Below are positions 62,755 to 64,000 of a stretch of 64,000 bases of DNA, piece after piece (the stretch's first letter is position 1; each line of letters starts with the position of its first letter). Source of the DNA: Mobula hypostoma (taxonomy: Eukaryota). The notes beneath the pieces were generated by a model, which was not told the origin of the DNA, did no database searches, and worked only from the letters and a program-made list of their open reading frames with translations. The translations under genes and the position numbers were made by a program. The stretch spans positions 77,812,001-77,876,000 of the forward strand of contig NC_086097.1 in the NCBI RefSeq assembly GCF_963921235.1, in the 5' to 3' direction.

Positions 62755-63681
62755 GTCTCTGTCTCTGGAGACAGCTTATCCACTGATGTCTACTATAAGC
62801 CTACTGACTCTCACAACTATCTGGACTATTCCTCTTCTCACCCTGTCTCTTGCAAAAACGCCATCCCCTTCTCGCAATTCCTCTGTCTCCGCCGCATCTG
62901 CTCTCAGGATGAGGCTTTTCATTCTAGGACGAGGGAGATGTTTTCCTTTTTTAAAGAAAGGGGCTTCCCTTCCTCCACTATCAACTCTGCTCTTAAACGC
63001 ATCTCCCCCATTTCACGTACATCTGCTCTCACTCCATCCTTCCGCCACCCCACTAGGAATAGGGTTCCCCTGGTCCTCACCTACCACCCCACCAGCCTCC
63101 GGGTCCAACAGATTATTCTCCGTAACTTCCGCCACCTCCAGCGGGATCCCGCCACTAAACACATCTTTCCCTCCCCCCCTCTCTCTGCATTCCGCAGGGA
63201 TCGCTCCCTACACAACTCCCTTGTCCATTCGTCCCCCCCATCCCTCCCCACTGATCTCCCTCCTAGCGCTTATCCGTGTAAGCGGAACAAGTGCTACACA
63301 TGCCCTTACACATCCTCCCTTACCACCATTCAGGGCCCCAAACAGTCCTTCCAGGTGAGGTAACACTTCACCTGTGAGTCGACTGGGGTGATATACTGTG
63401 TCCGGTGCTCCCGATGTGGCCTTTTATATATTGGTGAGACCCGACGCAGACTGGGAGACCGCTTTGCTGAACATCTACGCTCTGTCCGCCAGAGAAAGTA
63501 GGATCTCCCAGTGGCCACACATTTTAATTCCACACCCCATTCCCATTCTGACATGTCTATGTACGGCCTCCCCTACTGTAAAGATGAAGCCACACTCAGG
63601 TTGGAGGAACAACACCTTATATTCCATCTGGGTAGCCTCCAACCTGATGGCATGAACATCGACTTCTCTAACTTCCGCTAA
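62755..63681 (+). pseudogene. Penelope ORF C-terminal part: RT thumb, Cys-rich linker, GIY-YIG endonuclease; premature TAA at 63361
   Basis: LSTDVYYKPTDSHNYLDYSSSHP..KNAIPFSQFL.LRRICS, PCKRNKCYTC, HFTCESTGVIYCVRCSRCGLLYIGET, LQPDGMNIDFSNFR*. Confidence 0.92.
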
Positions 63682-64000
63682 GGCCCCACCTCCCCTTCGT
63701 ACCCCATCTGTTACTTACTTTTATGCACACATTCTTTCTCTCTCTCCTTTTTCTCCCTCTATCCCTCTGAATATACCTCTTGCCCATCCTCTGGGTCCCC
63801 CCCCACCTTGTCTTTCTTCCCGGACCTCCTGTCCCATGATCCTCTCGTATCCCCTTTTGCCTATCACCTGTCCAGCTCTTGACTCTATCCCTCCCCCTCC
63901 TGTCTTCTCCTATCATTTTGGATCTCCCCCTCCCCCTCCAGCTTTCAAATCCCTTACTCACTCTTCCTTCAGTTAGTCCTGACAAAGGGTCTCGGCCTGA

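Larger units (their letters stand above)
61731..64000. mobile_element. Young Penelope-like (Neptune-type) fold-back insertion over 2.2 kb, running off the window
   Basis: Minus arm 61731-62615, second minus segment 62615-62732, ~22-nt filler, plus arm 62755-64000. Confidence 0.96.

Overview
Vertebrate non-coding DNA densely packed with transposable elements. The repeat complement (CR1 with (TGTTCTA)n tails, Rex1/Babar-type LINEs, V-domain SINEs, abundant Penelope-like elements) suggests a cartilaginous fish, probably a ray; this is inference. I could not establish any host protein-coding gene. Nearly all listed ORFs are retroelement fragments or their antisense shadows, and only a few weak exon-like stretches remain. 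Contents: many decayed CR1 and Rex1-type LINEs, one L1/Tx1-type 3' end, a decayed two-LTR chromodomain Gypsy element (30680-35781), several solo LTRs with TSDs, a nested hAT MITE and tRNA-derived SINEs. There are also about 13 insertions of a Neptune-like Penelope element whose 3' repeat carries a minimal type-I hammerhead ribozyme. The most striking signal is that these Penelope copies repeatedly inserted as fold-back palindromes of about 0.1 to over 2 kb. They have 10-14 bp TSDs, two fixed priming points about 40 nt apart, and breakpoints clustering at the 5' edge of the ribozyme. Boundaries of old elements are approximate and were read by eye.
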